DNA from: Phyllobates terribilis
Taxonomy: Eukaryota
Length of the DNA: 64,000 nucleotides
Direction of reading: 5' to 3'
NCBI RefSeq assembly: GCF_046119375.1
Contig: NW_027362765.1
Location: forward strand, 386,260,001-386,324,000
Below are positions 1 through 12,720 of the stretch, one piece after another. Within the stretch, counting starts at the first letter, position 1. Every line of letters begins with the position of its first letter. The translations under genes and the position numbers were made by a program. The notes under the pieces were generated by a model, which worked only from the letters and a program-made list of their open reading frames with translations, was not told the origin of the DNA and made no database searches.

Positions 1-220
1 CTAATATTCAGAAAGGAGAATGTTAGGCTCACCTAATGAAATGGATCCACTAAAATACAGGTTTGGGTGTACACACGCACCGAGGGCGATAACACAGCAA
101 TGAGGACCAAAGGAAATGGGCTACTCTGAATGGCAAGCAAGCGTGAGCAGGACATATTAGGAGCCACAGATGTCAGCAAAGATGATTACAATGTAATGTG
201 AACAGTGTATAAGTATTATT

Positions 221-1412
221 ATTTCTTTATATAGCGCCATTGATTCCATGGGCTGTACATGAGAAGGGGTTACATACTAAATACAGATATCACTTACAGT
301 AAACAACATAACAATGATAAACTGGTACAGAGGGAAGAGGACCCTGCCCTTGCGGGCTTACGTTCTACAGGAACGGGGAAGGAGACAGTAGGTTGGGGGG
401 TTGCAGTACCTCCGGTGTTGTTGAGGTGGCAGCAGGCAAGGTCATGGCAGGCTGTAAGCTTGTTTGAAGAGATGGGTTTTCAGGTTCCATCTGAAGGATT
501 CAGGTGTGGTGGATAATCGGATGTGTTGAGGCACAGAATTCCAGAGGACGGGGGATATAAGGGAGAAATCTTGGAGGCGATTGGGTGATGAATGAATAAG
601 TGTGGAGGAGAGAAGGAGGTCTTGGGTGGACCGGAGATTACCTAAGGGAATCTAGGGAGATTAGTTCAGAGTAGTGATAAGTGAGTATGTTTTGTTAACC
701 CTTTCGCCGAGTATACTCGGGCCGAGCACCGAGTAGTTACAGCTGTTGAAAGCAGAAGACAGGTCAAGAAGGAGTACAGAGAATTGTCTGTTAGCTTTGG
801 CTGTAAGTAAGTCATTAGTAATTTTGGTAAGGGCAGTTTCGGTGGAATGGTGGGGGCAGAAGCCGGATTGTCGGTTGTCGAAGAGAGAGTTAGATGAGAA
901 GTGGGAGGAAAGTTCACCATGAACGTGTTGCTCAAGGAGTTTGGAGGCAAATGGAAGCAGCGATATGGGGCGGTAACTTGACAAGGTGGTTGGGTCGAGC
1001 GATGGCTTTTTGAGGATGGGTGTGATTGTGGCATGTTTGAAGGCAGCGGGGAAGGTACCAGAAGTTAGTGATAAGTTGAAGAGACGGGTTAGGGAAGGGA
1101 TGAGTGTGGGGTTGAGGTTAGGGAGGAGGTGGGATGGGGTGAGGTCAAGTGCACAAGTGGTGAGGTGTGATTTGGAGAGGAGACAAGTAAGGCCGTGTCT
1201 CCTCTCCAAAGACCTTCTTTCGTGATGTTGGAAAGGGAGGTTATGAGGGAAGGGCAATGTTCTGGAAAACAAATGGGTTGTGATGGTTGGACAGTAAAGA
1301 CTTGCCTTGTTTGGTCAATCTCGTTTTTGAAGTGTGTGGCAAACCACCTCACCAGAGATGACGGAGGTCGGAGGGGGCAGTGGAGGGCGGAGAAGAGAGT
1401 TAAAAGTGTTGA
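221..1412 (-). mobile_element. L2-clade LINE fragment (RT region plus 3' end), internally deleted
   Basis: ORF 661-1272 has L2/CR1 RT motifs ([53 protein letters not shown]). The minus-strand 3' end reads GGCGCTATATAAAGAAATAATAAT near 221-245. Confidence 0.85.
672..738 (+). mobile_element. Short hAT left-end remnant at the L2 deletion junction
   Basis: TAGTGATAAGTGAG resembles the TIR TAGTGATGAGCGAG at 5065 and is followed by the same CGAG/CTCG subterminal motifs. Confidence 0.4.
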
Positions 1413-2889
1413 ATAGTTGTTTGCAAAAATTTGTAATGCTTAAATGGATATTTTCAAGATCTTAAATTGCTTTACTTAGTTAGATAGCATGAAATAAGCA
1501 AGTTGCAATTGACTTGCTTTTTGTATCTGCTGTCAGTCTTTTGCATCTAGAACTCTATGTTTTATAGTGTACAGCTCATTTCCATGAGTGTGCTAGTAGT
1601 TACATTCCAGGACATGGGTTAACTCTTAACATCCTAGTTAGCTCTCTCCATCCCATTGATTTTTCTACAGCAGTTAACTGCTCACTTCCTTCCTCTTGTG
1701 ACATGCAGAAGTAGTGCTTTTGCAGAGTGTGACATTCAGAAGTAGTGCTGTTGCTTTAAAAGCATTCAGCAACTATTAGAAGTAACACAAGCACATGAGA
1801 CAGCAAGTGCTGTGCTCCAGAAGCATCCAGCAACTACAGGGGTTAAAACAGTCACCGGAGAAGGGGAGTGTTTTAGCAGAGCCCCAGGGGGATTGTGAGG
1901 AAGTTGTTTACTGTCTGGCTGGAGCCAAAGAGAAAGGTGGCGTGTGTGTTCTGTATCTCACAGTAGCGCCCCTGCAAGTAAAAAGGATTCAAGTCAGGAG
2001 TGAAGCTAAGCACAGGTTAGGTAGAGTTCTTGAACTAGCAGTGCAGAGTATTGTCAAGCAGAAAGATAAGGACTGTAAGAAATGGTGTCACGGGGATCAT
2101 CTCCCTCAGCAAACCCTCCCCCTCCTCCATCTCGCTGTGCTGTAAAGAATGCTGTGTTCATTAATGTGCCTTTGCATTAGCACTGTGCTATCCTGTATTA
2201 CTGGGAAGACTGTGAACTGCGGGGCTGCTAAGGAAACTGTACTGTTTATCACAGGAGCCTGTTGCTCATAAGACTTAACTTGCACTGGCTGTGCGGCTTC
2301 TTATTAAATGGTACTCTTCTACCGTTTATGAGGACTTTTGTCAAGTGTGTCTGGTCAGCAAGTGAAACAACCTACGTGTCTGTGCCTGAGGGTCAATACA
2401 ACTGTGTGCCTGAGAGAAGCTGAAGCACATGGTCTATTGTCGCCCTGAGTAACGGTTCCCCCAGGATTCCAAAGAATTCATGTAACCTGCCTCACCCCTA
2501 TCTGAACCTAGCGGCGTGCGTGTAACACTCTCCGTCTCATCTTCTGAAGAGATGCAGTTATGAATCACCAGCCCTGCAGTTTTCACAGCAGATCAGTCCC
2601 CGAGATGTGTGCTTGTTCAAAAGCCTTGTAATCTCTATTTGTAAATACAGTGATAGCAGTGTACTCTCCAGAACAAACCACTGATAGCTGAATGTGTTAC
2701 AGCAGAAATTGTGCTGAGCTTTGTAGTTTTACTTAATATTATTCACCTGATCCACAAAGCCATAGTCCGTTTCATGCCCCTCTGCAGGACCAGGGCCCAC
2801 AAGTCAATACACACTGCATTTAGATGCACCTTATCAGCCATCCAAAACCTGTCATCACCATGTTCAAAATAAAAATGATTCACTGCCAC

Positions 2890-4462
2890 GCCCCACTCCT
2901 GCAGAGAAAATTAGAAATCTCCCGATTAACTTTTATTTTGGCCTTGTTCAACTTTTCGGAATGAGCGTTCTGCCAATTTTTCCGTGGTACGATCTTAGAT
3001 CACACTGTAACGATCTCAGAGAAGGATGCCCAGAGATGCAACATATTGTGTTTAATGTCTCTGACCTATTCTCTGAATGGGAAAACCTATAAATCGTTAC
3101 CCCCCACTTGTTTCGCCAAAATGTCCGGGGCCTTATCTAACCTGACGAAACAGTGGTTATCCTTCAATACTCTATTCCACCCCATCCCTCTAAAACCGAG
3201 CCACCTGATCACCTCTGTCTCCTTGGGGAAACCGAGCTGTCTACCTTTGCTTCTGTGGCGCCCCTGAGGGTTCAGTCGCCACAGAGGTACTGCACCTCAC
3301 CCCGAGGTGTGGTGCCTCCCTTCACTCAGGTAAAGAGGGAGTGCTGCACAGAGCCCCAAACACCTGCATCCAACACTACAATGCTCCAGGCCGGCTGGAG
3401 GGGCAATATGCAGAGCGCAGCCGCTGAGCCCTGACCCTGGCTGGAGTGGGGGGAACCCAAAGGTAGGGGGAACCAGTAGTGGGTGTGGGTGGAGGAAGGA
3501 GTTAAAGGGAGCTCTTGTAGAAGGAGGTATAAATAGAGAAGCCATCTTGGGTTCAGTCAGATCAGTCTGAGGAGGAAAGGGAGAGGAGCGGAGGCTCTGC
3601 AAGAGCTCTGCTCCAGAGGCGGGCCTAGCCGGAGAGGCCCAGAAGGGGAGCAGGGAGTAGGCTCCGTTATACAAAGGGATCCCAGGGGGTACGGCGCGTG
3701 CAGTATGGCACCCGTACGCCCCGAATCTGCCAGGTGTCAGAGGGATCGGTTGCCGCGTTCTAATCCCCAGGGGGTCAGGTTGGTCCCGGATCCGACGTAC
3801 AGGAAGGACTTCAGCATACCCGAGCGGGATTGAGAGCGGGCAGCGCAGGGCAGCAGGGAGAAGGACCAAGTGTGAAGACGGTCAAATTAGGTACATATGA
3901 AAGTTGGGTTCTGCCAGGCATTCCTATGCTGCCTGAGGAAGGATTGAACCCCTGCCCGGTGAACACAGTGCGACGTGGGAGGCTTGCACCAGTACAGTGC
4001 ACCTGTGGATTGTCTAAGAACTGTGAGTAAACCTTGGATGACTGCATCGAACTGCCTCCGTCCCTTTCTTTCACCGGCACCATTTCCCTCCCTGCACTAC
4101 AACGCCCAGCGTACCTCCATATATTCATTTTACACTGCAATGAGGCCTGCTCCACCGGTGGGGAGCCGTTCCATCTATAGCTGCCGTATCATCTGCCTCA
4201 GAGGACTGTTGCAGCGCTGGTGATCCTCACCAGACACCACAGGTGGCGTCACGAGTCACGACAAATCCCTTGTAAATAATTCCCTTTCATTGCACTGACC
4301 GCCCTGGGTCACGGACCGGGCCAGCCACCGTGATAACCCCCCCGCAAGCAGCCATAAGGCCCGGCTGCCGAGTACCCCACGGCCCTGGGGGCAAGTCACT
4401 TCTCATGTCCACCCAGACCGCTCCCCAATACACTTATGAGTGGTCCATAATCCAAATCAACA
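2890..4462 (-). pseudogene. SGNH/GDSL hydrolase ORF of the Ngaro element, split by the solo LTR at 3254-4398
   Basis: Joining across the LTR gives LIWIMDHS*VYWGAVWVDMRSKGRQLGFPKETEVIRWLGFRGMGWNRVL..RLDKAPDILAKQVG(G)NDL..IVPRKNW..KLNKAKIKVNREIS, i.e. degenerate block I G-x-S and block III GxND motifs. Contains stops and frameshifts. Confidence 0.75.
3254..4398. mobile_element. Solo LTR, family A (TGTGGCGCCCCTGAGGGTTC...GTCA)
   Basis: TG...CA termini, 4-bp TSD CTTC (3250-3253 / 4399-4402), homologous to copies at 28959, 31863 and 49337. Confidence 0.9.
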
Positions 4463-5759
4463 GAGAAGAGCCTGCAATAAACAACAACAAACCAATAACA
4501 ATCATTATCAACTTCAATATCTACTCATCCTGTACTGCAAAACTTTACCAGCCCCTGGGGCCTAACATAAGATGAAAAAACACAGAGATTCCCATGAGCC
4601 AATGCGCTGAACAATTTCTTGACTCAAACTGCAGACCGCAGCTTCCGTAGAAGACCCTATGTGGAAAGAATGAGGGGTGCCAAACAGCTTAGGTCAAGCC
4701 CAAACCTATCAAGCATCTCCTAAACATCTTTGTAAATTGGTACCTTGACAGAAAAGAACCATTTTAATGACGTAGTAAGGGGCCTTTGGCCGCAGCCTCA
4801 AAAAATGCTTGAGGTTTGTCAAGGGGCACATAACCGAGTCGAGAACAACACGTAAAACTACCTTTCAACCTTTTCCCATATGATCAGTCATTGATTTCCT
4901 GATCTAAAATTCCACCCTTTTGAATGTGGTGACCACGTCTCTGCTAACATGGCTCCTGCCTACTTCTTCGTAGGAGCAATCAGTTCACCTACCCTTAAAG
5001 CACCGAAGAAGGCCAACGGAAAAGCCAACTGAAAAAGCAGGATCTCAAAGTTTAAACTGCTAACTAGTGATGAGCGAGTATACTCGTAAGTACTCGGTAC
5101 TCGCCCGAGCATCTCAGTACTCGAGATGCTCAGAGCTCGCCGAGTACTTGCGAGATGCTTGGGCGGATGCTCGGGTCCCCTCCTTGCATTTTTGGCGCTC
5201 TTTAGAGCAGGGATTGCCTGCCACTCATAGTAATGCCGCAGCCATGTTGGTTGTGGCATTACTGTGATTGGCTGGCCGCACAGCATCATCAGCTCTATAT
5301 CAGACCTGGCGCCGCTGTGCTCGTCAGTCTACTCCGCAATCAGGCAGTGTAGGGAGAGGTGCTACTGAGCTAGGGAGAGATTTGGTTGTGTACTGTATTA
5401 GGTAGTGTAGGGAGAAAAACTGTACATTACACATATCCATCTCAACAAACAGTCCTTCTGAGGACTAATCCATCTGCAGAGATATCAGGCAGGCAGTGTA
5501 CAGTATATAGGCAGGTAGTCAGTGTATATAGCAGACTGCAGTCCATATAGCACAAGAGGCTCCATTCCAGTTCTGCCATCTGCTGCTGCTAGACATTTCT
5601 ATACAAAGGCCCAGGTCTCAGGGGCCAGGAATACCTTTTTTTGGATCTTAATCCTCATTATTTGCTTAAAAAGCAATCCAGAGAACACCATTTTTCTGCA
5701 CCATTTGCTTGTTGGCACTGCAGAATACAGCCAGGTCCTTTCCATATTACAGCGCTAGA

Positions 5760-6130
5760 AATCCAGCTATTTAAAATTGTGGTTTGTCCGTCACATGGAT
5801 CACATATAATTGCGCTGAAAATACTGCCATATTTGGCCTCCATTCAAATTTTTTTTCAGTGTGTCAGCAATGTTTTTGACACTGGTTTGCTGTTCAAAAT
5901 AGTTACCTACAGGCCAGGTATTTAAAACTGTGGTTTGTCCGACACACGGATCACATATACGTTTTCTGAAAATTCAGCCATTTCTGGCCTCCATTCTATT
6001 TTTTTTCAGTGTGTCAGCACAATTTTTGACACTGGTTTGCTGTTCAAAATAGTTACCTACAGGCCAGGTATTTAAAACTGTGTTTTTTCCGTCACACTGA
6101 TTACATATAACTTCGCTCCAAATTCAGCCA
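5760..6130. repeat. ~148-bp tandem repeat (about 2.5 copies) upstream of the hAT-1 transposase; equivalent array in hAT-2 at ~24020-24400
   Basis: Repeated GGCCAGGTATTTAAAACTGTG...GGATCACATATA...GTTACCTACA units. Confidence 0.75.
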
Positions 6131-6168
6131 TTTGTAGTGAGCGTGGAAGGTATTGTCCTCCATTTGAA

Positions 6169-9066
6169 ATGGGCAAGGTGCTTGGCAAGGGAGGGGGAAC
6201 TGGACTTGATGGCGATGGTGATGGTGCATGCAGAGGCCGAGGCCATGGGCAAGCTAAAATTGTGCCACAACAAACACCCACATTTTCTCATCCGACCTTC
6301 ACATCCCAATTCCTAGGGGACTGCAGCACACCACTATTGAACCCAGAGCAGTGTCAAAAGGTTGTTGGTTGGATAGCGGAAAATGCTTCCAGTCACTTTG
6401 CCACCACCACCACCACCGCCACCCTGTCTTCCACACGGTCAAGTCTCAGTAGCCGTGAGTCTGGACTGCATATTCCTCACCCTGATCCTCCTTTCTCCCA
6501 CCATGCTGAGTGCCCGGAGACAACTGATCACACACTTGGACACTCCGAAGAGCTGTTCACTTTTCCATTTATAGATTTGGGCCTCTCGCCAGGACCACTT
6601 GAAGCTGGGCAAGAGGAGATAGCATGTAGCGATGCCGAAATATTTGAGCACCCACGGTCACACAAAGGTGAAAGGGAAAGTATCACAAGAGGTGGATGAT
6701 GATGAGACACAATTGCCAGAAAGTCAGGAGGAGGAACAGGGTGCGGAACTGGAAGACGAGGTGATGGATGATATAGTAACTGACCCAACCTGGCAGGAGG
6801 ACATGCAGAGCGAGGACAGCAGCACACAGGGGGAGGGAGGCAGAGCACCCCAACAGGCAGGAAGAAGCAGTGTGGTGGCCGCAGAAAGAAGGCAGGCAAC
6901 CATTCCCCGTAACATCAACATGAAGGAAGTTACCAGTACAACTGTTAGGTCTTCCCGAGTCTGGTTGTTTTTAAAAGACTCTGCGGACAACCCCAAAAAG
7001 GCCATTTGCACCATCTGCCAGGCCAGCATCAGCAGGGGATGCAAAACTAGCAGCCTGACCACCACCGGCATGATCAGGCACATGGCAGCAAAGCACCCGA
7101 CTTTGTGGGCCGAACCCCAGAGTCGAGGAACAGTGTCTGTGGGTGGCACCACTGCTTCTTCCGCTGTTGTGCATGCAAGCCAATCCCTTGTCCATGGTGC
7201 ATGCGAAGATGCCTCCTGCCCTGCACCTGTCATTGCACACTCTCAAGTAGCAGCATCAGGAAGCATGTCCACGTCCTTGTCCCAGCGCAGAGCTTAGTTA
7301 TCCATACCCCAGTCCTTGGAAGGCAAGCGCAAATACGCAGCCAACGCCCCACAGGCCACACTACTAAATTCCCACATTTCATGACTGCTTGGGCTCGATA
7401 TTTTGCCTTTTAGGCTTTTGGAGACAGAAGCATTCCGCAACCTGATGGCGGAGGCCATCTCTCGGTACTCGGTCCCCAACCGCCACTACTTCTCCCGGTG
7501 AGCCTTTCCCGCATTACACAAGCCATGCCCTCAACAACGCAGTTACCGGGAAAGTCCACCTAACCATGACGGCACACTGGGTTAACATAGTGGAAGCCGG
7601 GACCTAGTCGGACCTTGGAGCGGAACACGTCCTCCCGACGCCAAGGATTGCGGGCCCTAGGTCAATCAGGGTTGTCCCCACAGTCTACAGCTCCTGCACC
7701 TCATCCTCCTCAGCCTCCTCCTCCTCTTCAGCCTCCATCTCCGAAATGACCACATCAGTCACAAGCTGGAAGCACTGCAGCACTGCCTCGGCCAAGCGGC
7801 AACAGGCTGTGCTGAAGTTAATATGCTTAGGTGACAAACCGCACAATGCTGAATAGTTGTGGACAGCTCTGAAAGATCAGGCAGATCTGTGGCTCACACC
7901 GCTGAACCTACAGCCAGGCATAGTCGTAACCTGGTGGCGGCTCTGAGGCGAGGCGAGCTCACACACGTACCATGCCTGGCCCATGTGCTTAACCTCGTGG
8001 TTAAGCAGTTACTCAAGTCCTACCCAGAGCTACCGGATCTGCTTGTTAAAGTACGCCGCCTGTGTGCCCATTTTAGAAAGTCACCTACAGCTTCCGCCGC
8101 CCTTGCCGTGTTTCGGCAGCGTTTGCAGCTTTCGGCTCACAGACTGGTGTGTGATGTCCCCACGTGTTGGAACTCTACACTCCAGATGTTGGGAAGGATT
8201 TGTGAGCAGAAGAGGGCAGTTGTTGAGTACCAGCATCAACAAGGCCATCAGTATTCAGTTCAGACTCCACACATAAGACCTCAGGAGTGGACATGGATGT
8301 CAGACATATGTACCATCCTCCAAAACTTTGAGGACACCACCAAGATAGTGAGTGGCGATGACACCATAATTAGCGTCACCATCCCGCTTCTCTGTCTTCT
8401 GAAACGCTCTCTGCTCACAATCAAAGAGGATGCATTGCAGGCGGAGCATGATGAGATAGAGCAAGGAACCATACAGGGTGATTACACACAGCCCAGACTC
8501 ATCTCATCCCAACGTGGATTGGATGACAATGAGGAAGAGGAGGAGGAGGAAGAACAGGAGCTAGTTTCATGCGCTGTAGACGGTACTATCTGCACAACTG
8601 TCATACCGTCTGTTCAGCGTGGATCCTGAGGACAGAGAGGAGGAGGAGAGCATGGTCAGTCATCCTCTTGGTGAGGACCAGGAAGTCTTGCCTGTTAGCA
8701 GTCTGGCACGCATGGCTGAGTTTATGTTACGCTGCCTTTCCCATGACCCTCGCTTTCTCAAAATTTTGGGTGACAGTCATTACTGGTTGGTGACACTTCT
8801 AGACCCACGTTACAAGGAGAACTTTATATCTCTTTTTCCTGAGGCGGACAGGTCTACAAAATGGGACGGTAACAGAAGGCCCTTGTTGCGGAACTATTAA
8901 AAAATTCCCATCTGAAAACGCTGGCGGCAGAGGGCACACTTCCTTGGACAACCAAAGAGTACAGGCGAGAGAGACACAACTTCAATCCAGCAGAGGCAGG
9001 GGAACACTGTCAAAGTTCTGGGAGAATTTTCTCAGATCCTCCCATCGCACAGGCCCTGAGGCGCGG
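6169..9066 (+). pseudogene. hAT transposase with BED zinc finger, frameshifted and lacking the C-terminal dimerisation domain
   Basis: BED finger SRVWLF..AICTIC..GMIRHMAAKH, CLAH motif, DVPTCWNSTLQML. The sequence leaves the hAT-2 alignment after GPEARG (~9066), before SERVFS. Confidence 0.9.
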
Positions 9067-10365
9067 GGTTATTGGGGTGCATCCAAATTTTCAAAGTGTT
9101 ATTGGGGTGCGTCCAAATTTTGGGCAGCCATGCCACTCACTGCATACGCAATAACAGTATAGGAGACGCACTTTTTAGTAATGGGAACAATAAAACATAG
9201 CCGGCTGATGGCTCTCTAAGAATAGTGAGGGCTGACTGCTGGCCCTTTAAGAATAGTAAAGGCTGCCTGATGGCCCTATAAAAATAGGCTTTGTTACTTT
9301 CAGAGTCCCTCCTTCATAAATGAAACAGGATGTGTCTGATGATATCTCACACACCACATGGCCAGATAAGGTTGTAAAATGTTAAAACTACATTTCCTGG
9401 TGAATGCATTTGTCACAGTTGAAAGCAATGCAAAAGTGCAAAAATGCATCAAAAATGCTAAATGTGAACATAGCGCAAGGTGTGGAGGAGTATTTTTGTT
9501 TTCGGTTATTTATTTTGCTTTATATACAAGTCATTACCCTGGAAAGGATGTTCCTTAACACATTTCCCAGGAAAATCCATTTTGGTTTCGTTTTTGTATG
9601 TTTTATTGTGAGTCCGTAAAAGTGGCGTAATACCTCTGACAACATTGTTCACAGCAGTGACCTGGGGCTCAGAAATGCTTCCAGGGGTCTTCCCCATGCT
9701 GTTCCCATGTCATTTGAGCACTGTTCCCATCGATTTGTGCAATTTTTAGGCCCTCTGCAGACCACCGGGGGGGGGGGGGGCGCCGGAAAAATGCTCGAGT
9801 TTCCCATAGACTTACATTGGGCTCGTTGCTCGGGTGACCCGAGCATCGAGCACCCGAGCATTTTAGTGCTCGCCCATCACTACTGCTAACTGTTGACAAT
9901 TCTTTACCCGAACATTCTAGCAAACAAAAGGAAACAGGATGCTTCCCACCCCTTAGAGACCCGCCCCTCTGTAAGCCCTTTAGGGCCTGTTTCACCAAGA
10001 AGTTCTTTGTCAAATCTCTCTAACCCCGCAATTTAAATCCAAAAGCTAAACCCGAAATCAAGCGATTAACCTTCGCAAAAGACCATTTTTCGAACGCCCC
10101 CCTTCTCAGCCACAGAAACAATTTGCCTACCTGATCTTCTGAGACTGCTCTACCAAATGATGCTAACCACTTCTCCCAGAGTTTCCAAACCGACGGATAC
10201 GCTACCTATGTATTACCAGAAAGAGATGACCTAATCAGGGAAACCAAGGTCCAATACCTGCGGAGGGCACTCCAATCCAATGGAGCCAACATCCGGAAAC
10301 ATTCCCACTGAAAGCGAGAGAGTTAATCAGCAATTGAAATCTGAACACCTGACACGTGAGATGCC

Positions 10366-10765
10366 TTAACCCCTTAGTGACTGGACCAATTTTTTGAAAT
10401 ATGACCAGTGTTACTTTATGTAGTAATAACTATGGAATACTTCAACATATCCCATTGATTTTAAGTCTGTTTTTTTTGTGACACGTGATACTTTTTAATA
10501 ATGGTAAATTTAGGTTGATATGTTTTGCGTTTATTTATAAAAATATCAGAAATTTTACAAAAATGTTTTAAAAATTGCTATTTTCAAAATTTGAATGACT
10601 ATCCCTTTAATCCCAATAGTAATACCACACAAAAACATTAATAAATAACATTTCCCTCATGTCTGCTTTACATCAGCACCATTTGTAAAGTGTTGTTTTA
10701 TTTAGTGAGCATTTTATAAGGTATAAAAATGTAGCAGTAATTTTTAATTTTTTCAAGTAAATTTA
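10366..10765. mobile_element. Non-autonomous TTAA-type (piggyBac-like) DNA transposon left-end fragment
   Basis: Begins TTAACCCCTTAGTGAC with an AT-rich interior and interrupts the Ngaro RNaseH. No second end found. Confidence 0.4.
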
Positions 10766-10848
10766 CAAAGAGAAAAGGAAGGTACATCCAGCACTGGGTC
10801 CTCATAAAAAGTTCTTCTTTATTGCAAATCCATAAAAAGAGAGTGATC

Positions 10849-10886
10849 GCATACGCGTTTCAGACGGTTACGTCCTTAGTCACTGC
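10849..10886 (-). ncRNA. Minimal hammerhead ribozyme motif in a Penelope-like 3' end
   Basis: Minus strand GCA-GUGACUAA-G-GAC(GUAACC)GUC-U-GAA-AC(GC)GU-A-UGC: stem I GCA/UGC, stem II GAC/GUC, palindromic stem III ACGCGU, GUA cleavage triplet; followed by AATAAA. Confidence 0.65.
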
Positions 10887-12229
10887 ATACATTCTTTAAA
10901 CTAAAACTAGACAAACTAAAACTATATACAGGTCCTAAACAAATCATGCTCAAAATTGTCAACTACTTCATCTATCAACAAAGACCGGACGTTGTAATGT
11001 TCCAAAAATTCACCCAAACTGCTAGATCTGACTTATGCTTACTTGACAAGTGCACATAATGATGAGGAGCCTTAACTCCTACTTTCGCACTAGCTAGCCT
11101 GCGAGAAAAAAACTCTTTCCTTGGGCATTATCCTAGAAGCAAAATTAAGCTTGCCCAGAAGGGATTGAACCTCCCTCAGAGTGAGATTTTTCAAACAACG
11201 TGCCCTCGCAACCTCCAACCTCAATGCAATTATCTTCTCTACCGAAAGACGAAACTCCCGTTTTTCAGCGTCGATAACAATGCCCAGAAAACAAATACTG
11301 TACACATAGCTTCCCCCTACATCTTACCAGGAGCCAGTGGAACTCCAAAGCACCTAGCATCATTCTATGGTCCCAAGAATTGATCCACACAGTGTGGAGC
11401 CCTTAGGGACGATACACAAAGAATCATCTAAATAGGGTATAATGGATTCAGAACCTGAAACATCGAGAACTACTCACTGCAAAAAAGGTACTAAAAGATT
11501 TAAACAATGAACAAGAAAGAGAACATACCATTGGTAAGCAATGTTCCAAAAACATCCCAATAACAATTCACTGTAGGGATGAAGTGGCAACAATCTAAAG
11601 GCCTATTCCACATCTGTCTTAGTCAATAAAGCACCTTTTCCAAACCTACTAACCCACCTCAACAAAGGATGAGTATGCCACAGAGCAAAGCTCTGCTCAA
11701 TACCATCATTAACTGACAAACCCCGAGGATAGGAAAGATGATGAATCAACCGAAACTTGTTCGGCTCCTTTTTAGGGACAATTCTTAATTGATAAATTAG
11801 CAGATCTGTGAGCGGAGGAGTATCAAATGGACCAGCTTCTCTGATATCACCGCTGAATGCTGGTACTCGGATTTTAAGTTCTTAAGGCAATGAATTTTAA
11901 ACGGGGGCACAGAATCCTAAAACCCTCATCGAAACTCGTTATCAACAAATCCGCTTTCTCCCGATTTATAATCCAATTTAGATAAGGAAGCATTGTGTTA
12001 ACTTCACCAGCATCACTCCCTTGAGGATCACTAGAAGCTGCCTTTCCCTTGCCTTTTTAAAACATTGTACGGCAATGATCCATTACAATGTGATCAGAGG
12101 TGCTTGAACTTGCAACTAGACCCAAACTTGCACTGGCTTTCATTAAATTGCCAACCCCTGGCTTCTGCGGAACCACTTGCCTGGATTGATAACCAGCTTC
12201 TTGACATCATGGCTGGTCGGCAGAACCAC

Positions 12230-12720
12230 CCCCTCCCTCTTGAAAGGAATGGCCAAATCTAGTTGGGGCCATCACGTGCAACCAAAGGCAAGTGTCCTTT
12301 TAGTCCCAAGTCGTATTGGCCGGGTGAATGGCTTTCCTCTGACAAAACTGTTCATCATATCTCAACAACTCCCGGTCCCCTTACACCCTGTGTGCCTCAC
12401 CACTAGAATCCATATAGCAAAAGAGAGTGCGACAATGTTTGGTTGCCTTCTCGTCAATAACACTAGCTAAGATCACAAATGCTTGCATACAGTTAATGAA
12501 AGTCTGCGGGATCAAGCCCCATCTGCACTTCTCTTCCACTTCTTTTTTGCTATCATCCTTTTTCCACTTATCTAACTTAAATTTTTCCAGCAGTAGCAAG
12601 GAAAAATTTTTTTACATATTCATGTATCCAAATTTTTTACCTTACCTTTTTTTTAAGGTGAACACCCAGGGAACCTTCAAAGCAAACATACATTTTGCCC
12701 TATCGTCCAAATGAATCCTA
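12230..12720 (-). pseudogene. Gag-like ORF1 of the Ngaro element
   Basis: IPQTFINCMQAFVILASVIDEK..LFCYMDSSGEAHRV*..LRYDEQFCQRKA, a motif pattern typical of amphibian DIRS/Ngaro ORF1. Confidence 0.75.

Larger units (their letters stand above)
5065..9882 (+). mobile_element. hAT DNA transposon (hAT-1), both ends intact, defective transposase
   Basis: TIRs TAGTGATGAGCGAG / CTCGCCCATCACTA; exact 8-bp TSD CTGCTAAC (5057-5064 / 9883-9890); CGAG/CTCG subterminal arrays. Confidence 0.95.
4570..10020 (-). pseudogene. Tyrosine recombinase ORF of the Ngaro element, split by hAT-1
   Basis: Removing 5065-9882 and one TSD joins TKNFLVKQALKG..ELSTVSS to LNFEILLFQLAFPLAFFGALRVGEL (YR box I, R-x-x-E-L). Confidence 0.85.
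10030..11800 (-). pseudogene. RT/RNaseH region of the Ngaro element, interrupted at ~10366-10925
   Basis: FLGIVID..FRLSVEK..LREVQSLLGKLNFASRIMP (RT thumb); HVSGVQISIAD*LSRFQW (RNaseH C-terminus, ADALSRF-like). Confidence 0.8.

Noticed and set aside
2086-2527. TGTCAC...GTAACA segment resembling a 442-bp solo LTR
   Set aside because: No target-site duplication could be matched at any plausible boundary; left unassigned.
4960-5289. XerD/phage-integrase-like motif AFFGALRVGEL suggesting bacterial or phage DNA
   Set aside because: It is the YR domain of a Ngaro retrotransposon, colinear with Gag, RT/RH and SGNH; the ORF's N-terminal half is just read-through from the hAT TIR.
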